From contig DIRA01000032.1 of the NCBI GenBank assembly GCA_002427425.1, positions 69,250 through 133,249 of the forward strand: DNA of 64,000 nucleotides, written 5' to 3'. The position numbers and the translations under genes were made by a program. Origin of the DNA: Clostridiales bacterium UBA5448. GTDB taxonomy: Bacteria; Bacillota; Clostridia; Oscillospirales; SIG627. Position 1 is the stretch's first letter; every line of letters begins with the position of its first letter. This document shows positions 28,660 through 40,771 of the stretch, in pieces. A model generated the notes under the pieces. That model searched no databases. It saw only the letters and a program-made list of their open reading frames with translations, and was not told the DNA's origin.

Positions 28660-29677
28660 GTTGATATTTCTCCATCAGTTCCACGGCAGTATCTATGATT
28701 TGGTTTTTAAGAAAAGAGAATTCCCCCCATAGGGTGCTTCCCGCCGCTTTAAAATGTCCCCCGCCTCCCAAACGTGCGCAGAAAGATGCGCAGTCAAAAT
28801 AGCTGTTGGATCGGGCGGATAGTTTATGGCTGCCGTCGGCAAGGGTGTGTAATACGATGCCCACTTCTGTGTCGCTGCATTGTTTTGCCAGATTTGCCAA
28901 CTGATCAAAATCCGATTCCCGGGAGGTCAAAGCGTCTTTTTCCTCTTTGGTCAGTCCTACAAATCCAATTTTGCCATCTTTGTAGTATCCGGTATGGGTG
29001 AGGACATATCCCTCCACCCTCAGGCGGCTTTTGGTTTTTTCCTCAAAGTAAATACGGTTTAAGCGGGCGAACGATTCGGGGTCGGAATATGAATACAAAT
29101 AGGCGGCTGCCAAATGGGTGAGATGGGTCGTATTGGAAAAACGAAAACAACCCGTGTCTCCCGCAATGGCGGTATACAGACAATGCGCAAGAGGCGCATC
29201 CATTTCAATGTGCAGTACCAAACCGAGCGTCAAAATAATTTCGCCGCATGCGGCTGCATCGGAAATTACCAGTTTTTGTTTGGCTTCAACCGTGTTTTTC
29301 AAATGATGGTCAAAAACCATATCAATCGAATCTGTATAGGGAAAGTTTTTTCCGAGCAATTCGGTTGAAGCGATATCCACCGCAATAAAATGACAAGGCG
29401 CAAAGTTGTCCCTATTGGGCAGATTCAGAGGAGAAAGTATAGAGTCATATTTTGCTTCAAAGGCGTCGGCGCAATAAACGGCGGCGTTTTTGCCCAATTT
29501 TTTGAGCATATACGCCAGTCCATGAGAAGAACCGGTGCAATCTTCATCGGGGCGGCAGTGGGCAATGACCCAGATGTTATCAAAATCCGGGGACAGTATG
29601 GTTTGTGCCAGGGGAGCGAAGGCTTCCGCCCGGGTGAGAAGTGCCTGTTTATGCATGATCATTTTCATCATCTGCAT
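28643..29677 (-). CDS. nrnA: DHH family phosphoesterase (NrnA-like)
   Basis: HCRPDED, DHH, GDTGCF, GGGGHFKAAG; typical position between rbfA and truB. Confidence 0.88.
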   Translation of the reverse strand: MQMMKMIMHKQALLTRAEAFAPLAQTILSPDFDNIWVIAHCRPDEDCTGSSHGLAYMLKKLGKNAAVYCADAFEAKYDSILSPLNLPNRDNFAPCHFIAVDIASTELLGKNFPYTDSIDMVFDHHLKNTVEAKQKLVISDAAACGEIILTLGLVLHIEMDAPLAHCLYTAIAGDTGCFRFSNTTHLTHLAAAYLYSYSDPESFARLNRIYFEEKTKSRLRVEGYVLTHTGYYKDGKIGFVGLTKEEKDALTSRESDFDQLANLAKQCSDTEVGIVLHTLADGSHKLSARSNSYFDCASFCARLGGGGHFKAAGSTLWGEFSFLKNQIIDTAVELMEKYQRDGIA

Positions 29678-30023
29678 CCTCTTTCGATATATCCAGATTC
29701 TTTAACAAGGTAGAAATATGGGCGCCTTGTTCAGCGGATGTGTCATGAATGAAGGTCAGTTCTGGGGTAATGCGCAGATTCAATTCTTTTGCCAGAGCAC
29801 CCCTGAGATATCCGGTGGCACTCTTGAGACCTTTCGATACTTCGGCAGGGTCACAGCCGATACAGCCGAAGAATATTTTGGCAAATTTCAAATCTGCCGT
29901 GACATCGGCGGCATTGATGGTAACAATGCCGTTTCTGACCCGGGGATCTTTTACGGTGCGAATGGCAATCGCCATCGCTTCTACAACGCTTTGATTGATT
30001 TTATTCTGTCTGTATTTTGACAT
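29649..30023 (-). CDS. rbfA: Ribosome-binding factor A
   Basis: VKDPRV, VTADLKFAKIF, LRITPELTFIHD. Confidence 0.95.
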   Translation of the reverse strand: MSKYRQNKINQSVVEAMAIAIRTVKDPRVRNGIVTINAADVTADLKFAKIFFGCIGCDPAEVSKGLKSATGYLRGALAKELNLRITPELTFIHDTSAEQGAHISTLLKNLDISKEDADDENDHA

Positions 30024-30024
30024 T

Positions 30025-32703
30025 TCAAACTTTAACCTCTTCCATTATAAAGGCTTCCAGTATGTCGCCGTCTTTGATGTCGTTGAATTTTTCAAGCCCG
30101 ATACCGCATTCGTATCCTTGGGTGACTTCTTTCACGTCGTCCTTAAATCTCCGCAGGGAATCAATCTTATCTTCAAAGATGATTATGCTGTCCCGGAGGA
30201 TACGAATTTGGGCGTTTCTCGTGACCTTTCCGTCTAAAATGTAGGAACCTGCAATGGTGCCCACGCCGGGAACACGGATGGTCTGACGCACCTGGGCGTG
30301 ACCCAATATAACTTCTTTATAGGTGGGAGCCAACATGCCTTTCATGGCAGCTTCGATTTCTTCGATGCATTCATAAATGATGCGATAGCAGCGAATGTCC
30401 ACTTGCTGACGTTCCGCCGAATCAATGGCAACTTTATCGGGACGAACGTTGAAGCCGATGATGATGGCATTGGATGCGGCAGCCAACATGACGTCGGATT
30501 CGTTGATGCCGCCCACCGCTTCGTGAATGACGCGGACGCGCACTTCGTTGTTCGAGAGTTTTTCTAAGGAGGCTTTCACGGCTTCTGCAGTACCTTGTAC
30601 ATCGGCTTTCACAATGAGGGAAAGTTCTTGTATTCCTTCTTGGATCTGGTTGAACAAATCAGTCAGGGAGATTTTGCTATTGGCCTTGAAAGTATCTTCT
30701 TTTTCTTTGTCACGACGCTGAGATGCCAGTTCTCTTGCCATGCGTTCGTCTTCCACCGCATTAAACACGTCGCCCGCGTTGGGAACATCTGCTAGACCCA
30801 GAATCTCCACGGGAACGGAAGGACCGGCTTCTTTCAATTGCTTGCCCTTGTCATCCAGCATGGCTCTAACCCGACCCACAGAGGTACCGGCAATGATCAC
30901 ATCTCCGGTATGCAGAGTGCCGTTTTGTACCAGAATGGTGGCAACGGGACCTCTGCCTTTATCTAACTTGGCTTCGATGACCACGCCTTTGGCGTTCCGG
31001 TTGGGATTGGCTTTCAATTCCGCTATTTCGGTAATCAGAAGAACTGATTCCAATAATGTATCTATGCCCTGTTTGGTCAGAGCCGATACGGGGACGCAAA
31101 TGGTATCGCCGCCCCATTCTTCGGGAACCAGATCGTATTTGGTCAGTTCTTGTTTGATCTGATCGGGGTTGGCCGTGTTCTTATCCATTTTATTGATGGC
31201 AACAATGATGGATACACCTGCCGCTTTGGCGTGGTTGAGGGCTTCTACGGTCTGGGGCATGATGCCGTCGTCGGCAGCCACCACCAGAATGGCAACGTCG
31301 GTAACCTGAGCACCGCGGGCACGCATGGCGGTGAACGCTTCATGACCGGGGGTGTCCAGGAAGGTGATGTTTTGATCTTTGACTTTGACTCTATAGGCAC
31401 CGATGTGCTGGGTAATACCGCCGGCTTCTCCCGCGGTGACATTCGAATCGCGAATGGCATCCAGCAGGGAGGTCTTACCGTGATCAACGTGACCCATGAC
31501 CACCACAACAGGGGAGCGGGGCTTGAGTTCTTCTTCGGTATCATGGGTTTCATCGATCAATTTTTCTTCGATGGTTACAACGACCTTGGGTTGTGCATGC
31601 ACGCCGAATTCATCGGCAATGATGGCGGCGGTGTCATAATCAATAGATTGGTTTAATGTGACGATTTGTCCCAAAGACATGAGTTTTTTCATCACTTCTG
31701 ACGTAGTAATTCGAAGTTCTCTTGCCAGTTCGGATACGATCATGGTTTCGGGTAACTGAACCGAAGTGGGCAATTGCACTTTCAGTGGAGCCGATTTCCT
31801 GTTGCGATCATTCTTACGCTTGTAACCGGACCGCTGACCTGACCGGTTACCGGTGGATCGTTTCGGCTTTCCTTCATTGCCGACAAAATCGTAGGTGAAG
31901 TTTTTGTCATCATATTTGGACAAATCCACTTCCGCACCTTTGGTATCCACGATGATCACATCTTTTTTAGTGGTGGCATCGAAGGTAAAATCTGCACGGG
32001 TCGTAAAAGCGATTTTCTTTTCGTCTTTCTTTTCTTCCCGTTTTTTGGAATTTCTATTCTTTTTTTCCAGCGCTTTGGCTTTTTCTTTGTCGGCAGCCAA
32101 TCGCGCCTCGTTGACCCGATCCGCAAAAGATTTGCGAGATTGGACATTGCTTTTCAAGCCTGATCCGGTATTGGGTTTTCCGATGGCTGCTTGTTCGGGA
32201 GCCCCTGTTTTTTCAGCCGCCACTTTTTTTGCCCCTGTTTTTTCAGCGACCGCTTTTTCAGCGACCGCTTTTTCTGCTGCCGCTTTTTTTGCCGTTGCTT
32301 TTTCAGCCGCCGCTTTATCAGTTGCTGCTTTTTTTGCCGCCGCTTTATCAGTTGCTGCTTTTTTTGCCGCCACTTTTTCAGCCGCCGCTTTCTCTGCTGC
32401 CGCTTTCTCTGCTGCCGCTTTCTCTGCTGCCGCTTTTTCAGCTGCCGCTTTTTCAGCCGCCTTGATTCTTTCCACTTTTTCGGGGGTGCGCAAAGGCATT
32501 TCACCCGAGATGTATGCATTGATATCCGGAATCTCATTCATAGAAGAAAGGACATGAAGAACCAAGTTAACTTCCGCAAGTGTCAAGGTTGCGGAAGTTC
32601 CTTTTTCAGTTCCTCGGTCACCGAGTATTTTAACGATATCTTTTGGTTTAATGGAAAGTTCTTTTGCTAATGACGTAATTTTCATATTTTTCAGCTCTGC
32701 CAT
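30025..32703 (-). CDS. infB: Translation initiation factor IF-2
   Basis: [39 protein letters not shown]. Confidence 0.97.
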   Translation of the reverse strand: MAELKNMKITSLAKELSIKPKDIVKILGDRGTEKGTSATLTLAEVNLVLHVLSSMNEIPDINAYISGEMPLRTPEKVERIKAAEKAAAEKAAAEKAAAEKAAAEKAAAEKVAAKKAATDKAAAKKAATDKAAAEKATAKKAAAEKAVAEKAVAEKTGAKKVAAEKTGAPEQAAIGKPNTGSGLKSNVQSRKSFADRVNEARLAADKEKAKALEKKNRNSKKREEKKDEKKIAFTTRADFTFDATTKKDVIIVDTKGAEVDLSKYDDKNFTYDFVGNEGKPKRSTGNRSGQRSGYKRKNDRNRKSAPLKVQLPTSVQLPETMIVSELARELRITTSEVMKKLMSLGQIVTLNQSIDYDTAAIIADEFGVHAQPKVVVTIEEKLIDETHDTEEELKPRSPVVVVMGHVDHGKTSLLDAIRDSNVTAGEAGGITQHIGAYRVKVKDQNITFLDTPGHEAFTAMRARGAQVTDVAILVVAADDGIMPQTVEALNHAKAAGVSIIVAINKMDKNTANPDQIKQELTKYDLVPEEWGGDTICVPVSALTKQGIDTLLESVLLITEIAELKANPNRNAKGVVIEAKLDKGRGPVATILVQNGTLHTGDVIIAGTSVGRVRAMLDDKGKQLKEAGPSVPVEILGLADVPNAGDVFNAVEDERMARELASQRRDKEKEDTFKANSKISLTDLFNQIQEGIQELSLIVKADVQGTAEAVKASLEKLSNNEVRVRVIHEAVGGINESDVMLAAASNAIIIGFNVRPDKVAIDSAERQQVDIRCYRIIYECIEEIEAAMKGMLAPTYKEVILGHAQVRQTIRVPGVGTIAGSYILDGKVTRNAQIRILRDSIIIFEDKIDSLRRFKDDVKEVTQGYECGIGLEKFNDIKDGDILEAFIMEEVKV
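32200..32460 (-). repeat. 15-bp coding tandem repeat ((A)AEKA / AAKKA / ATDKA pentapeptides, ~17 units) in the IF-2 N-domain
   Basis: GC[A/T]GA[A/G]AAAGCGGCA-type units visible in both DNA and protein. Confidence 0.9.
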
Positions 32704-32748
32704 TGGTCATTACTCCCTTCATTTGTCAGCGTAAGAAGGACAGAATAG

Positions 32749-33051
32749 TTAATTTTTTTTAATAAGTTTTAATATTTCATGATTTTTCAGGGCAATGGCG
32801 GCGCAAACCGTTTTGCTTCCCAGCACTGCAGCCAGTTCTTCTTTTGTCAGGGAAATCGTTTGTATCTCGATTTGATAATATGCACAGGCGGTCAGCAATT
32901 TTTTCTTGCTGCCGTCTGATGCGTTGTCTGCCAAAAGAACCAGTTTCGCTTTTCCCTGCCGCACGGCATCATGAACTCCTTCATTACCCTTGATAACCGC
33001 ACCGGCTTTTTGCGCAAGTCCCAGCGCTTGAATCAGTCTTTTCCGGTTCAT
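32749..33051 (-). CDS. ylxQ: L7Ae-family RNA-binding protein (YlxQ)
   Basis: LGLAQKAG, LVLLADNAS, ELAAVLG; operon position. Confidence 0.88.
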   Translation of the reverse strand: MNRKRLIQALGLAQKAGAVIKGNEGVHDAVRQGKAKLVLLADNASDGSKKKLLTACAYYQIEIQTISLTKEELAAVLGSKTVCAAIALKNHEILKLIKKN

Positions 33052-33308
33052 GGGGTCAGTGCCAGTTCCAGGCTTTGGTAGACTTCTTCCGGGATGGGGC
33101 ATTCAAAGGCCCGTTCCAGCTTTTTTGCTTTCTTTGCTTTGTTCAAGCAGGAAGCATAGGGACAGATATAGGCTCCGCGACCGGGTTTCTTGCCGGTAGC
33201 ATCCGTTGAAATAACCCCTTCGGGAGAACGGACGATGCGGATGAGTTCCTTTTTGGGCTTGTCTTCACCACAACCGCAACACTTGCGTTTAGGTATTTTT
33301 TTCTGCAA
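33048..33308 (-). CDS. ylxR: YlxR/RnpM family protein
   Basis: PKRKCCGC...K.ELIRIVR...GRGAYIC. Confidence 0.92.
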   Translation of the reverse strand: MQKKIPKRKCCGCGEDKPKKELIRIVRSPEGVISTDATGKKPGRGAYICPYASCLNKAKKAKKLERAFECPIPEEVYQSLELALTP

Positions 33309-33322
33309 ATCCTCTTCCTCCT

Positions 33323-34360
33323 TTACTCGGCGCTGTCAGAGGATTTTATATCGATCTTATATCCTGTCAGACGAGCAGCCAGGCGAGCGTTTTGCCCTTC
33401 TTTACCAATAGCCAAAGACAGTTGATCGGGTTCCACCATCACGCGGCAGGTTCTGTCTTCTTCCACCTGCACCGATAAAACCTTGGCGGGGGAGAGGGCT
33501 TCTTTGATAAATTCTTCGGGATTTTCACTGTATTGGATGATGTCGATTTTTTCACCCGCTAACTCGTTGATGATGGCATTTTTACGCATGCCCTTTACGC
33601 CGATGCAGGCACCGATGGGATCGACACTTTCATCTCTGGAATATACGGCAATTTTGGTGCGGCTTCCCGCTTCCCGGGCAACCGATTGAATGATGACCGT
33701 GCCGTCCTGAATCTCGGGCACTTCCATTTCAAAAATCCTCTTTACTAAACCGGGATGGGTTCTGGAAATGACGATGATGGGCATCTTGGCATCTTTTTTT
33801 ACGCCCATAACGTACACTTTGATATGATCCCCTTCGGTAAAGCGTTCGCCGGGAATTTGTTCAGATTTCATCAATGTTGCCTGATTGTTACCCATTTCCA
33901 GAATCACGTTGCCGTTGGTTCTGTCCATAATGCGGACAACCGCTGTGACCACATCGTCTTCTTTGCTTTCGTACTCTTTGATGATGATGCCCCGTTCGGC
34001 TTCACGGATGCCCTGGACGATGACGTTTTTAGCGGTTTGCGCGGAAATGCGCCCGAAATTTTTAGGTTTCACTTCAATTTCGGCGGTGTCGCCCATTTTG
34101 TATCTCTTACTGTATTTGCGGGCTTCTTCCAGGCTGATTTCCGAATCGGAGTCAACCACATCTTCCACAATCAGTTTCTGGGAAAACATTCTAACGGTTT
34201 TTTTATCCGCATCAATGGCTATACGTACATTGCTCATCCCGTTGTTTTCTTTTTTAAAAGCGGTCAGAAGAGCGGCTTCTACCTTTTCCAGCATATACTG
34301 TTTGGGAATACCTTTCTCCTGTTCCAGCATGGTGAGTGCTGTGAAGAATTCGTTATTCAT
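33323..34360 (-). CDS. nusA: Transcription termination factor NusA
   Basis: FGRISAQTAK, AREAGSRTKIAV, QLSLAIGKEGQNARLAARLTG. Confidence 0.97.
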   Translation of the reverse strand: MNNEFFTALTMLEQEKGIPKQYMLEKVEAALLTAFKKENNGMSNVRIAIDADKKTVRMFSQKLIVEDVVDSDSEISLEEARKYSKRYKMGDTAEIEVKPKNFGRISAQTAKNVIVQGIREAERGIIIKEYESKEDDVVTAVVRIMDRTNGNVILEMGNNQATLMKSEQIPGERFTEGDHIKVYVMGVKKDAKMPIIVISRTHPGLVKRIFEMEVPEIQDGTVIIQSVAREAGSRTKIAVYSRDESVDPIGACIGVKGMRKNAIINELAGEKIDIIQYSENPEEFIKEALSPAKVLSVQVEEDRTCRVMVEPDQLSLAIGKEGQNARLAARLTGYKIDIKSSDSAE

Positions 34361-34383
34361 CTTTGATGATTCCTCCGTAAAAT

Positions 34384-34884
34384 TTATTCTTCATATATGG
34401 TTTTTACTCTGGCTATTTTTTCATTTTCCAACAAAAATGAAAGAGTATCCACGGTCAGTGTCAAGGCACTTGGTGTTTTTTCCCCCAACGTGGCAATAAA
34501 TATCTTTTGCCCCACAATGGCAGGCGGCATGTCCTCGCCGGCGGGGACGAACAGACTGACTTCCACGTTGGAACCAACCATGGCGGCAAATTGTTCATCA
34601 CTTTTCAACACCCGTTCCAGACCGGGAGAACTGACTTCCAGATAATAGCTGTCCGGAATGGGATCCGCTTTGTCTAAAATAGGGTTGATGGCGTGGGTCA
34701 CATGTTCGCAGTCGGTGATCGTAATGCCATCAGGGCTGTCAATGGTGACCACCAGGTTCCAGGAAGCGCCTTCCTTCATATAAGAAACATCCCACAGCAA
34801 AAAACCCATTTGTTCCACAACGGGGGCGATGAGTGCTTTCACGGTGGCGGCGATGTTGCGCTTTCCTGATTTGTTTGTTGCCAA
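34384..34884 (-). CDS. rimP: Ribosome maturation factor RimP
   Basis: ITITDCE, YYLEVSSPGLER; TTG start after GGAGGT. Confidence 0.93.
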   Translation of the reverse strand: MATNKSGKRNIAATVKALIAPVVEQMGFLLWDVSYMKEGASWNLVVTIDSPDGITITDCEHVTHAINPILDKADPIPDSYYLEVSSPGLERVLKSDEQFAAMVGSNVEVSLFVPAGEDMPPAIVGQKIFIATLGEKTPSALTLTVDTLSFLLENEKIARVKTIYEE

Positions 34885-34904
34885 ATCAATACCTCCTATA
34901 CAAG

Positions 34905-34934
34905 CAGAAAGAGTGGCGCTCAATCCACTCTCTC
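34905..34934 (-). promoter_or_regulatory. rimP (ylxS) leader hairpin
   Basis: AGAGTGG-8 nt-CCACTCT stem just upstream of the rimP RBS, like the conserved Firmicute rimP leader. Confidence 0.6.
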
Positions 34935-34957
34935 AATCTTATCATCATTCTTTTGTT

Positions 34958-34986
34958 ATTATACCACCGAACGGCTAATAATGCAA
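34958..34986 (-). promoter_or_regulatory. sigma-A promoter of the rimP-nusA-infB operon
   Basis: TTGCAT-17 nt (ending TGG)-TATAAT. Confidence 0.75.
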
Positions 34987-36801
34987 GTCTTTTTTAATTT
35001 TTCTTCCTTTTTTAATATCTTTTTTTCTCTTTCTTTGGTTATGAGGGCCGATTCTGGGTTTGGTTTGCATTTTTTCCCGGGAAAGCAATTTGCGGTTTTG
35101 GGGTTTGTGAGGCTGCAGCATCGCCCGCTGAATCACCTTTTCCTTGTAATCTGGAACATACACGTCTTTACCGGTAAAAGGATCGATGCCCGTATAATAT
35201 ATGCAGGTGGAAATGGTACCGGGGGTGGGATAAAAATCCTGTACCTGTTCGGGCGTGTATCCCCACTCCTGCAATCGCCAAGCCAGGCATTCCGCCGCTT
35301 TGCGGTCACTGCCGGGGTGGCCGGACATCAAATAGGGAACCAGATACTGTTCTTTGCCGCATTCTTGACAATAGGCAAAGTACTTTGCCTTAAATTGTTC
35401 ATAAACCTCAATTGTGGGTTTTCCCATCATGGCCAGAACTTGGGGAGAAGCGTGTTCGGGTGCAACTTTTAGCTGCCCGCTCACATGATTTGCTACCAAT
35501 TGTCGGAAAAATTGGGGGTTTTTATCATACATCAAATAATCGTACCGAATACCGGAACGAATAAAGACCTTTTTTACTTTGGGCACCCGCTCGATTTCCC
35601 GGAGCAGGCTGGCATACTCTGTGTGATCCACCTTCAGTTGTTTACAGGGGGTGGGAGTGAGGCAGCGGCGGTGGGTGCAAACACCCCGGGTCTTTTGCTT
35701 GTCGCAGGCAGGATAGCGGAAATTGGCGGTAGGTCCGCCCACGTCATGAATATATCCCTTGAAATCGGGGAGGGTGGTCAACAGTTTGGCTTCTTCCACC
35801 ACCGAAGCCACCGAACGGGATCGTACTTGTCTGCCCTGGTGAAACGCCAAAGCACAGAAAGCACAGCTACCATAGCATCCCCGGTTGTGGGTGATGGAAA
35901 AACGGACTTCCTGTATCGCCGGCACCCCGCCTTGGGCTTCATAGGATGGATGATAGGTGCGTGCGTAGGGGAGAGCATAAATTTTGTCCAGTTCTTCCCG
36001 TTCCAAAATCGGCATGGGAGGATTTTGCACCAACTGCTTGTGGTCATAGCCTTCCAAAAGGGTTTTTCCGGAAATGGCATCGATGTTTTCATACTGCAGT
36101 TTGAACGCACGGGCATAGGCTTTTTTGTCGGTCTTAATCTGATCGTACTCTCCCACGAAAACAGCGTTTTTTACGGTGTACTCCCGTTCGGTCAGTACCG
36201 CGGTTCCCCGCACGTCTCGAATTTTTTTCACCGGAACCCCTCTATCCAGTAATTCCGCCACGCGGACAAGGGATTTTTCACCCATGCCATAGGAAAGAAT
36301 GTCAGCCCGGGAATCCACCAGAATGCTCCGCCGCACCGCATTGTCCCAATAGTCATAGTGGGCAAACCGCCGCAGAGAGGCTTCCAGACCGCCGATGATG
36401 ATGGGAACATCCCCGTAGGCTTCCCGAATACGGTTACAGTACACAATCAACGCACGGTCGGGGCGGCGACCCGCTTTTCCCCCCGGAGAATACTGATCAT
36501 CACGTCTTTTCTTTTTGGCGGCGGTGTAATGATTCACCATGCTGTCCACGTTTCCCGATGAAACCAAAAATCCCAGCCGGGGGCGCCCGAATTCCTTGAA
36601 GGGTTCGGCAGATTTCCAATCGGGCTGGGATAGCACGCCCACGGTATACCCGTTGGATTCCAACACCCGGGAAATAATGGCAACACCAAAAGAAGGATGG
36701 TCGATATACGCATCCCCGGTAACATATACAAAGTCGGGTTTATTCCACCCGACTTCGTTCATTTCCATGTTGGTTGTTGGTAAAAAAATGTTTTTTTCCA
36801 T
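34975..36801 (-). CDS. YgiQ family radical SAM protein
   Basis: [48 protein letters not shown]. Confidence 0.93.
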   Translation of the reverse strand: MEKNIFLPTTNMEMNEVGWNKPDFVYVTGDAYIDHPSFGVAIISRVLESNGYTVGVLSQPDWKSAEPFKEFGRPRLGFLVSSGNVDSMVNHYTAAKKKRRDDQYSPGGKAGRRPDRALIVYCNRIREAYGDVPIIIGGLEASLRRFAHYDYWDNAVRRSILVDSRADILSYGMGEKSLVRVAELLDRGVPVKKIRDVRGTAVLTEREYTVKNAVFVGEYDQIKTDKKAYARAFKLQYENIDAISGKTLLEGYDHKQLVQNPPMPILEREELDKIYALPYARTYHPSYEAQGGVPAIQEVRFSITHNRGCYGSCAFCALAFHQGRQVRSRSVASVVEEAKLLTTLPDFKGYIHDVGGPTANFRYPACDKQKTRGVCTHRRCLTPTPCKQLKVDHTEYASLLREIERVPKVKKVFIRSGIRYDYLMYDKNPQFFRQLVANHVSGQLKVAPEHASPQVLAMMGKPTIEVYEQFKAKYFAYCQECGKEQYLVPYLMSGHPGSDRKAAECLAWRLQEWGYTPEQVQDFYPTPGTISTCIYYTGIDPFTGKDVYVPDYKEKVIQRAMLQPHKPQNRKLLSREKMQTKPRIGPHNQRKRKKDIKKGRKIKKDLHY

Positions 36802-36803
36802 GA

Positions 36804-39800
36804 TTATTTCATTTCTGTATTCATGGCGATATAGCGTTTGAGCAATACCAGATCCCGGTTTGTTAACCGGTTATCCTGATCCATATCCGCCAGAAACATT
36901 TGTTGGGGTGTGAGGATAGTTTTCCCTAAAATTTCCTGAAATACCAGATCCACGTCGTTTTGATCGGTAAAGCCGTCACCGTTGATATCCCGGGCGACGG
37001 TGGGAATATTTTGGGTGGCCATGCAAACGGGATACTGGGTATTCGACGCAAAAGCACCCAAAGAAGAAAAGGCAACGGCAATGGCGGCATCGCCTTTTTT
37101 GTTGTGGTTGACGGTGAAGACCAACGTAATCAATTCGCCGGATGCGTCGATCAGGGAGGCATTGCCAATGGTGACAATGACGGAACCGTCCATGGGGGCA
37201 GAGGTGAGGATCAAGGAATCGGGAACCAGAGAATGATCCGTTTTGATCGCATCATGAAAGGTCAACAGTTCCTCATCATAGGATATACGCAAAGCTAGTT
37301 TTTCAAGAGCAGAGCATTGGGACACGGATAAAGTCAAGGTCATGCTTTCATATCCCTGGGTATAGGCAATCACGGGGGTCATGACAATGTTGGCGTTGCT
37401 GATATCATTGTCGGGAATCACATAACCATCAGGAAGAATGCCCAGGTCAGACACAATAAGGGTGGCGGTGGACGCGCCGGTGACCACCACGCTGTTAGCG
37501 AAATACAAAGTTCCGGTTTCGGTAGGCCAATAAAATCCAAAGGGGTTCAGTGCGCTACCGTCCACCCATTTGAGGGTGGTGATATAACCGGTGATAGATT
37601 GGTTTTCTCCGCTTCCGTCATAGGCGGTATTGGCAATGCCGTCCACCAAGATGGTGTCGCCCACACACAGCCCCATATTGCCATTGCCAGCAAGGGTGTG
37701 AAAGGGATGGGTGCCGGAGGAGAATTCGCCGGTTTCATCCACGGCTCGAATTTCTATGGAATAGGCACTGTAAGCCACCAGGCCATAGAGAGAGACGGCG
37801 GTATCCCGAATCGGCGTTATGTTCCGTTTGATCCCGTTTACATACAGGTTATAGGAAGCGGCATTCTCTACGAATCGCCAGGAGATGTCGGCGGAGTGAT
37901 GGGTGATATTTTGGACCGCGATTCTTTCCACGGGAGAGGCATATATGGTGAAGGCATAGGGTTCGCTGACGGAAGAAACCGACAGAGAGCCTGAAATGTT
38001 GAAGGTATGTACCACCGCCGTATACCGATCAGCAGGAAGAGCCGCGGTGGAATAGGTGGTATCGGTCAAAGCCAAATAGGGTTTAGCGGTATTCCCCAGC
38101 ATATCTTCCCCTTTAGAGTTATAGACACGGAGATGATAGAGGGTGGAATTGGACACCGCCACCCAGTTCAGGGTGAAGGTTTCTCCCAGTCTGACCATAT
38201 CGCTGTCTGCTTTCAGAACCGCTTGGGCAGGGACCGGGATGGTCTGTACAGCTGACACCCGGAACAGAGCCACCTGGGCAACGCCCGAGGGGGTATAAGA
38301 AGTAAACAAGTTGGAGTTCTGGGGAGAAGCGGGATCGAATATGGAAACGATATCGCCGCTGACATAGCGAAGAGCTACCCAATGAGAGCGGTTGACGTTG
38401 ATTAATACCGCATATCCCTGTGCCATATAATTGTTCAAGGCAGAGGCTTTATTAGCCACGGTTCCCGTCAGGTCTGCTTTGCCTTTGTAGACAATTCCAG
38501 GAAGAACCGAATCTACCATGTTCCAGTACAAAGAGCCGCCGGAAGTCAAAGCTTCCGCCGTATTGAAAGACTGCAACAACGTACCGGGATTGAACGTGGT
38601 TTCATTTTGTAGACCGTAATGCACCGCCAGCATTGCCAGAGAGGTGACCACGCAGCCGGAAGCTGCCATGGTGGTTTTACCGGTTCCCAAGGTCATGCTT
38701 CCCCAACGGGGATCCGATTGTGTCCAGGTGGCGTATTCCCCCGTACCCGTGATGGGAAGTTCGGGAGTTTTGGCGCCTGTCACTTCATATACGGCGATGC
38801 GGGTGGTTTCTTCCAGTGAATAGGAAGAAAGCCAGTTTGTATAGGCATTGGAAGGATCCATGATGGTCAACACATTGTTTTTCAGGGATTTGCAGGCTAC
38901 CCACTGACTGCCGCCTGCATATAACAGAACCGCATAGGTTTGATGGGTGGCATTCACATAATCAGACAACTGGGCTAACTGTTGGGAGGCGGTTCCCGTT
39001 AGTTTCAGGTTACTTCCCACCAGAGTAAAATGATCCAGCACATCGGTTACTTTGGTCCACTTGATGTTGCCGGAAGAATCAAAACCGCCGTTGTTGCTCA
39101 GAGCATCACACAAGGCGCCGGGGTGGAAGGCGGTGGCATCTCGCACACCGGTTTGCACCGCCAGCATGGCAAGAGCGGTGACCACATTGCCTCCCTTTGC
39201 CATGGAAACGCTGCTGCTTCCCAGTCTTTTCTCTCCCCAGCGGGCATCGTCTTTTTTCCAGTCTACATAGGTTAAGGTGGCTGCATCCACGACCTTGAAC
39301 GCCACGTTTAAAAGCACTTTTTCGGTAGAAGTGGCGTTACTTGCCAGAACACGGTAGGTATAAGAGCCGATCGCCAAATTTCCGAATTTGATGTAGGTGT
39401 CAATGTCTTTCAAAGTGAATACGGTGGAAGAAGCATTCATGGTTTTGTAGAGGGTTCTGGCACCCAATGCGTTATATATCGCCACGGTAACTGTGTACAG
39501 GTTGGAAGTGGAAGTGATGATACCACGGATGGAATAGCTGGCACCTTTTTCCAAGTGGGCGGGATAATTGGCACCCGATAAAGTCATGGTCTGGTCAGTG
39601 GAGGCGAGTACGGTAAAAGGAGATTCAACCACCACCCGATTGCTTGCCACGGTGTTGGTGGCGGTTACGCGGTAGATGTACTGTCCGGGAGGAAGAATGG
39701 CAAAGTTCAGATCGCTGTTCATACCGGACAAAGCATAGGATTTGGCAGAAAGAGAAACGGTTTTAGTTGCCGCGGGTGAATTGTTTGCAAGGTAAATGCC

Positions 39801-40619
39801 GGCGGTCAGAGAAGTCATGGTATATTGCGATTTGATGGTACCGTCCAGCTGATAACCCACGCCCTCCAATAACAATTCAGGTGGGGTGATGTCAGAATAA
39901 GTAAAACTGCCGGTGATGGAAAATTGGACGTTCAACAACACATAGTTGTTCATGATTTTGTCCGAAGCAGTGACACGGTAAAAATAGGTACCTACCGCTA
40001 AATTGCCGAATACGATTTTGTTGTCAAGGTTTTTCAGATTATATGTTGAAGATGTGGTGGCAGCCGTTCCGCCGGTGAGCATGGTGCCGCTTGCGTTATA
40101 GACGCCTGCCGTCACGGATGAGAGCGTGTATTGAGAAGCTACCGTACCTTTGATGATGAAACTAGCTCCTTCCACCATGGCATTGGGGTATACTTCTTCG
40201 GTCAAAGACAAGGTTGTATAAACGGAAAAAGAGTGCGAAAAAAGGACACAGTTGGTTTCCGTGGCGTTGGTGGCAGTGATCCGATATTCATATGTACCCG
40301 GGGTCAAATCCCCAAAAACAACATACCTATCGGAAGATTTGATGGAATAAGTTTTGACATGGGGGGTGGCGGTGTGACCCGTTTCCATTTCATCGGAGCT
40401 GTTATAAACCCCAACGGTAATGGAAGTGATGTTGGTTTCGGACGTCACCGTGCCTCTTAAACCGAAGCTAGATCCCAAAAGAATGGATTCAGGATACGTG
40501 ATGTCGGACAGCAAAAATGTTTCTCCCGTGGCAAACACAGGGAAAACCGGAGATAGACTGCACAGCGAAAAGAGTAACAGCCAGCAAAGTATGGTTCGAA
40601 ACAGGCTTCTGTTTTTCAT
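36804..40619 (-). CDS. Secreted modular protein: 4 Ig-like repeats, two C39-like peptidase domains (first degenerate), Fn3, cohesin, dockerin
   Basis: Signal peptide; four ~100-aa repeats (YP..L..G....G.I.S...YN...FG.L..GTY.YRVTA); W.Q.DPRW...GCVVTSLAM...HWV...DP; C-terminal DINGDG...ADMDQD dockerin after a cohesin-like segment ([10 protein letters not shown]...[10 protein letters not shown]). Confidence 0.78.
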   Translation of the reverse strand: MKNRSLFRTILCWLLLFSLCSLSPVFPVFATGETFLLSDITYPESILLGSSFGLRGTVTSETNITSITVGVYNSSDEMETGHTATPHVKTYSIKSSDRYVVFGDLTPGTYEYRITATNATETNCVLFSHSFSVYTTLSLTEEVYPNAMVEGASFIIKGTVASQYTLSSVTAGVYNASGTMLTGGTAATTSSTYNLKNLDNKIVFGNLAVGTYFYRVTASDKIMNNYVLLNVQFSITGSFTYSDITPPELLLEGVGYQLDGTIKSQYTMTSLTAGIYLANNSPAATKTVSLSAKSYALSGMNSDLNFAILPPGQYIYRVTATNTVASNRVVVESPFTVLASTDQTMTLSGANYPAHLEKGASYSIRGIITSTSNLYTVTVAIYNALGARTLYKTMNASSTVFTLKDIDTYIKFGNLAIGSYTYRVLASNATSTEKVLLNVAFKVVDAATLTYVDWKKDDARWGEKRLGSSSVSMAKGGNVVTALAMLAVQTGVRDATAFHPGALCDALSNNGGFDSSGNIKWTKVTDVLDHFTLVGSNLKLTGTASQQLAQLSDYVNATHQTYAVLLYAGGSQWVACKSLKNNVLTIMDPSNAYTNWLSSYSLEETTRIAVYEVTGAKTPELPITGTGEYATWTQSDPRWGSMTLGTGKTTMAASGCVVTSLAMLAVHYGLQNETTFNPGTLLQSFNTAEALTSGGSLYWNMVDSVLPGIVYKGKADLTGTVANKASALNNYMAQGYAVLINVNRSHWVALRYVSGDIVSIFDPASPQNSNLFTSYTPSGVAQVALFRVSAVQTIPVPAQAVLKADSDMVRLGETFTLNWVAVSNSTLYHLRVYNSKGEDMLGNTAKPYLALTDTTYSTAALPADRYTAVVHTFNISGSLSVSSVSEPYAFTIYASPVERIAVQNITHHSADISWRFVENAASYNLYVNGIKRNITPIRDTAVSLYGLVAYSAYSIEIRAVDETGEFSSGTHPFHTLAGNGNMGLCVGDTILVDGIANTAYDGSGENQSITGYITTLKWVDGSALNPFGFYWPTETGTLYFANSVVVTGASTATLIVSDLGILPDGYVIPDNDISNANIVMTPVIAYTQGYESMTLTLSVSQCSALEKLALRISYDEELLTFHDAIKTDHSLVPDSLILTSAPMDGSVIVTIGNASLIDASGELITLVFTVNHNKKGDAAIAVAFSSLGAFASNTQYPVCMATQNIPTVARDINGDGFTDQNDVDLVFQEILGKTILTPQQMFLADMDQDNRLTNRDLVLLKRYIAMNTEMK

Positions 40620-40682
40620 CGAAGTTCTCCTTGGATATGTAATCGTTATCCATGTTGATTTTCATATAAAACATCGCATATC

Positions 40683-40711
40683 ATTGTAGCATAGCCTTGC
40701 ATCTTTGTCAA
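40683..40711 (-). promoter_or_regulatory. sigma-A promoter of the C39 protein-ygiQ unit
   Basis: TTGACA-17 nt (ending TGC)-TACAAT. Confidence 0.8.
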
Positions 40712-40771
40712 GACGGGGATGTGTTTGACGACAGTGAAAAGAGTAGGGAGGATCAGAAACAGAAATAGCAC

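Noticed and set aside
32191-32557. Cys/Arg/Phe-rich and other low-complexity ORFs in alternative frames
   Set aside because: Shadows of the infB 15-bp repeat
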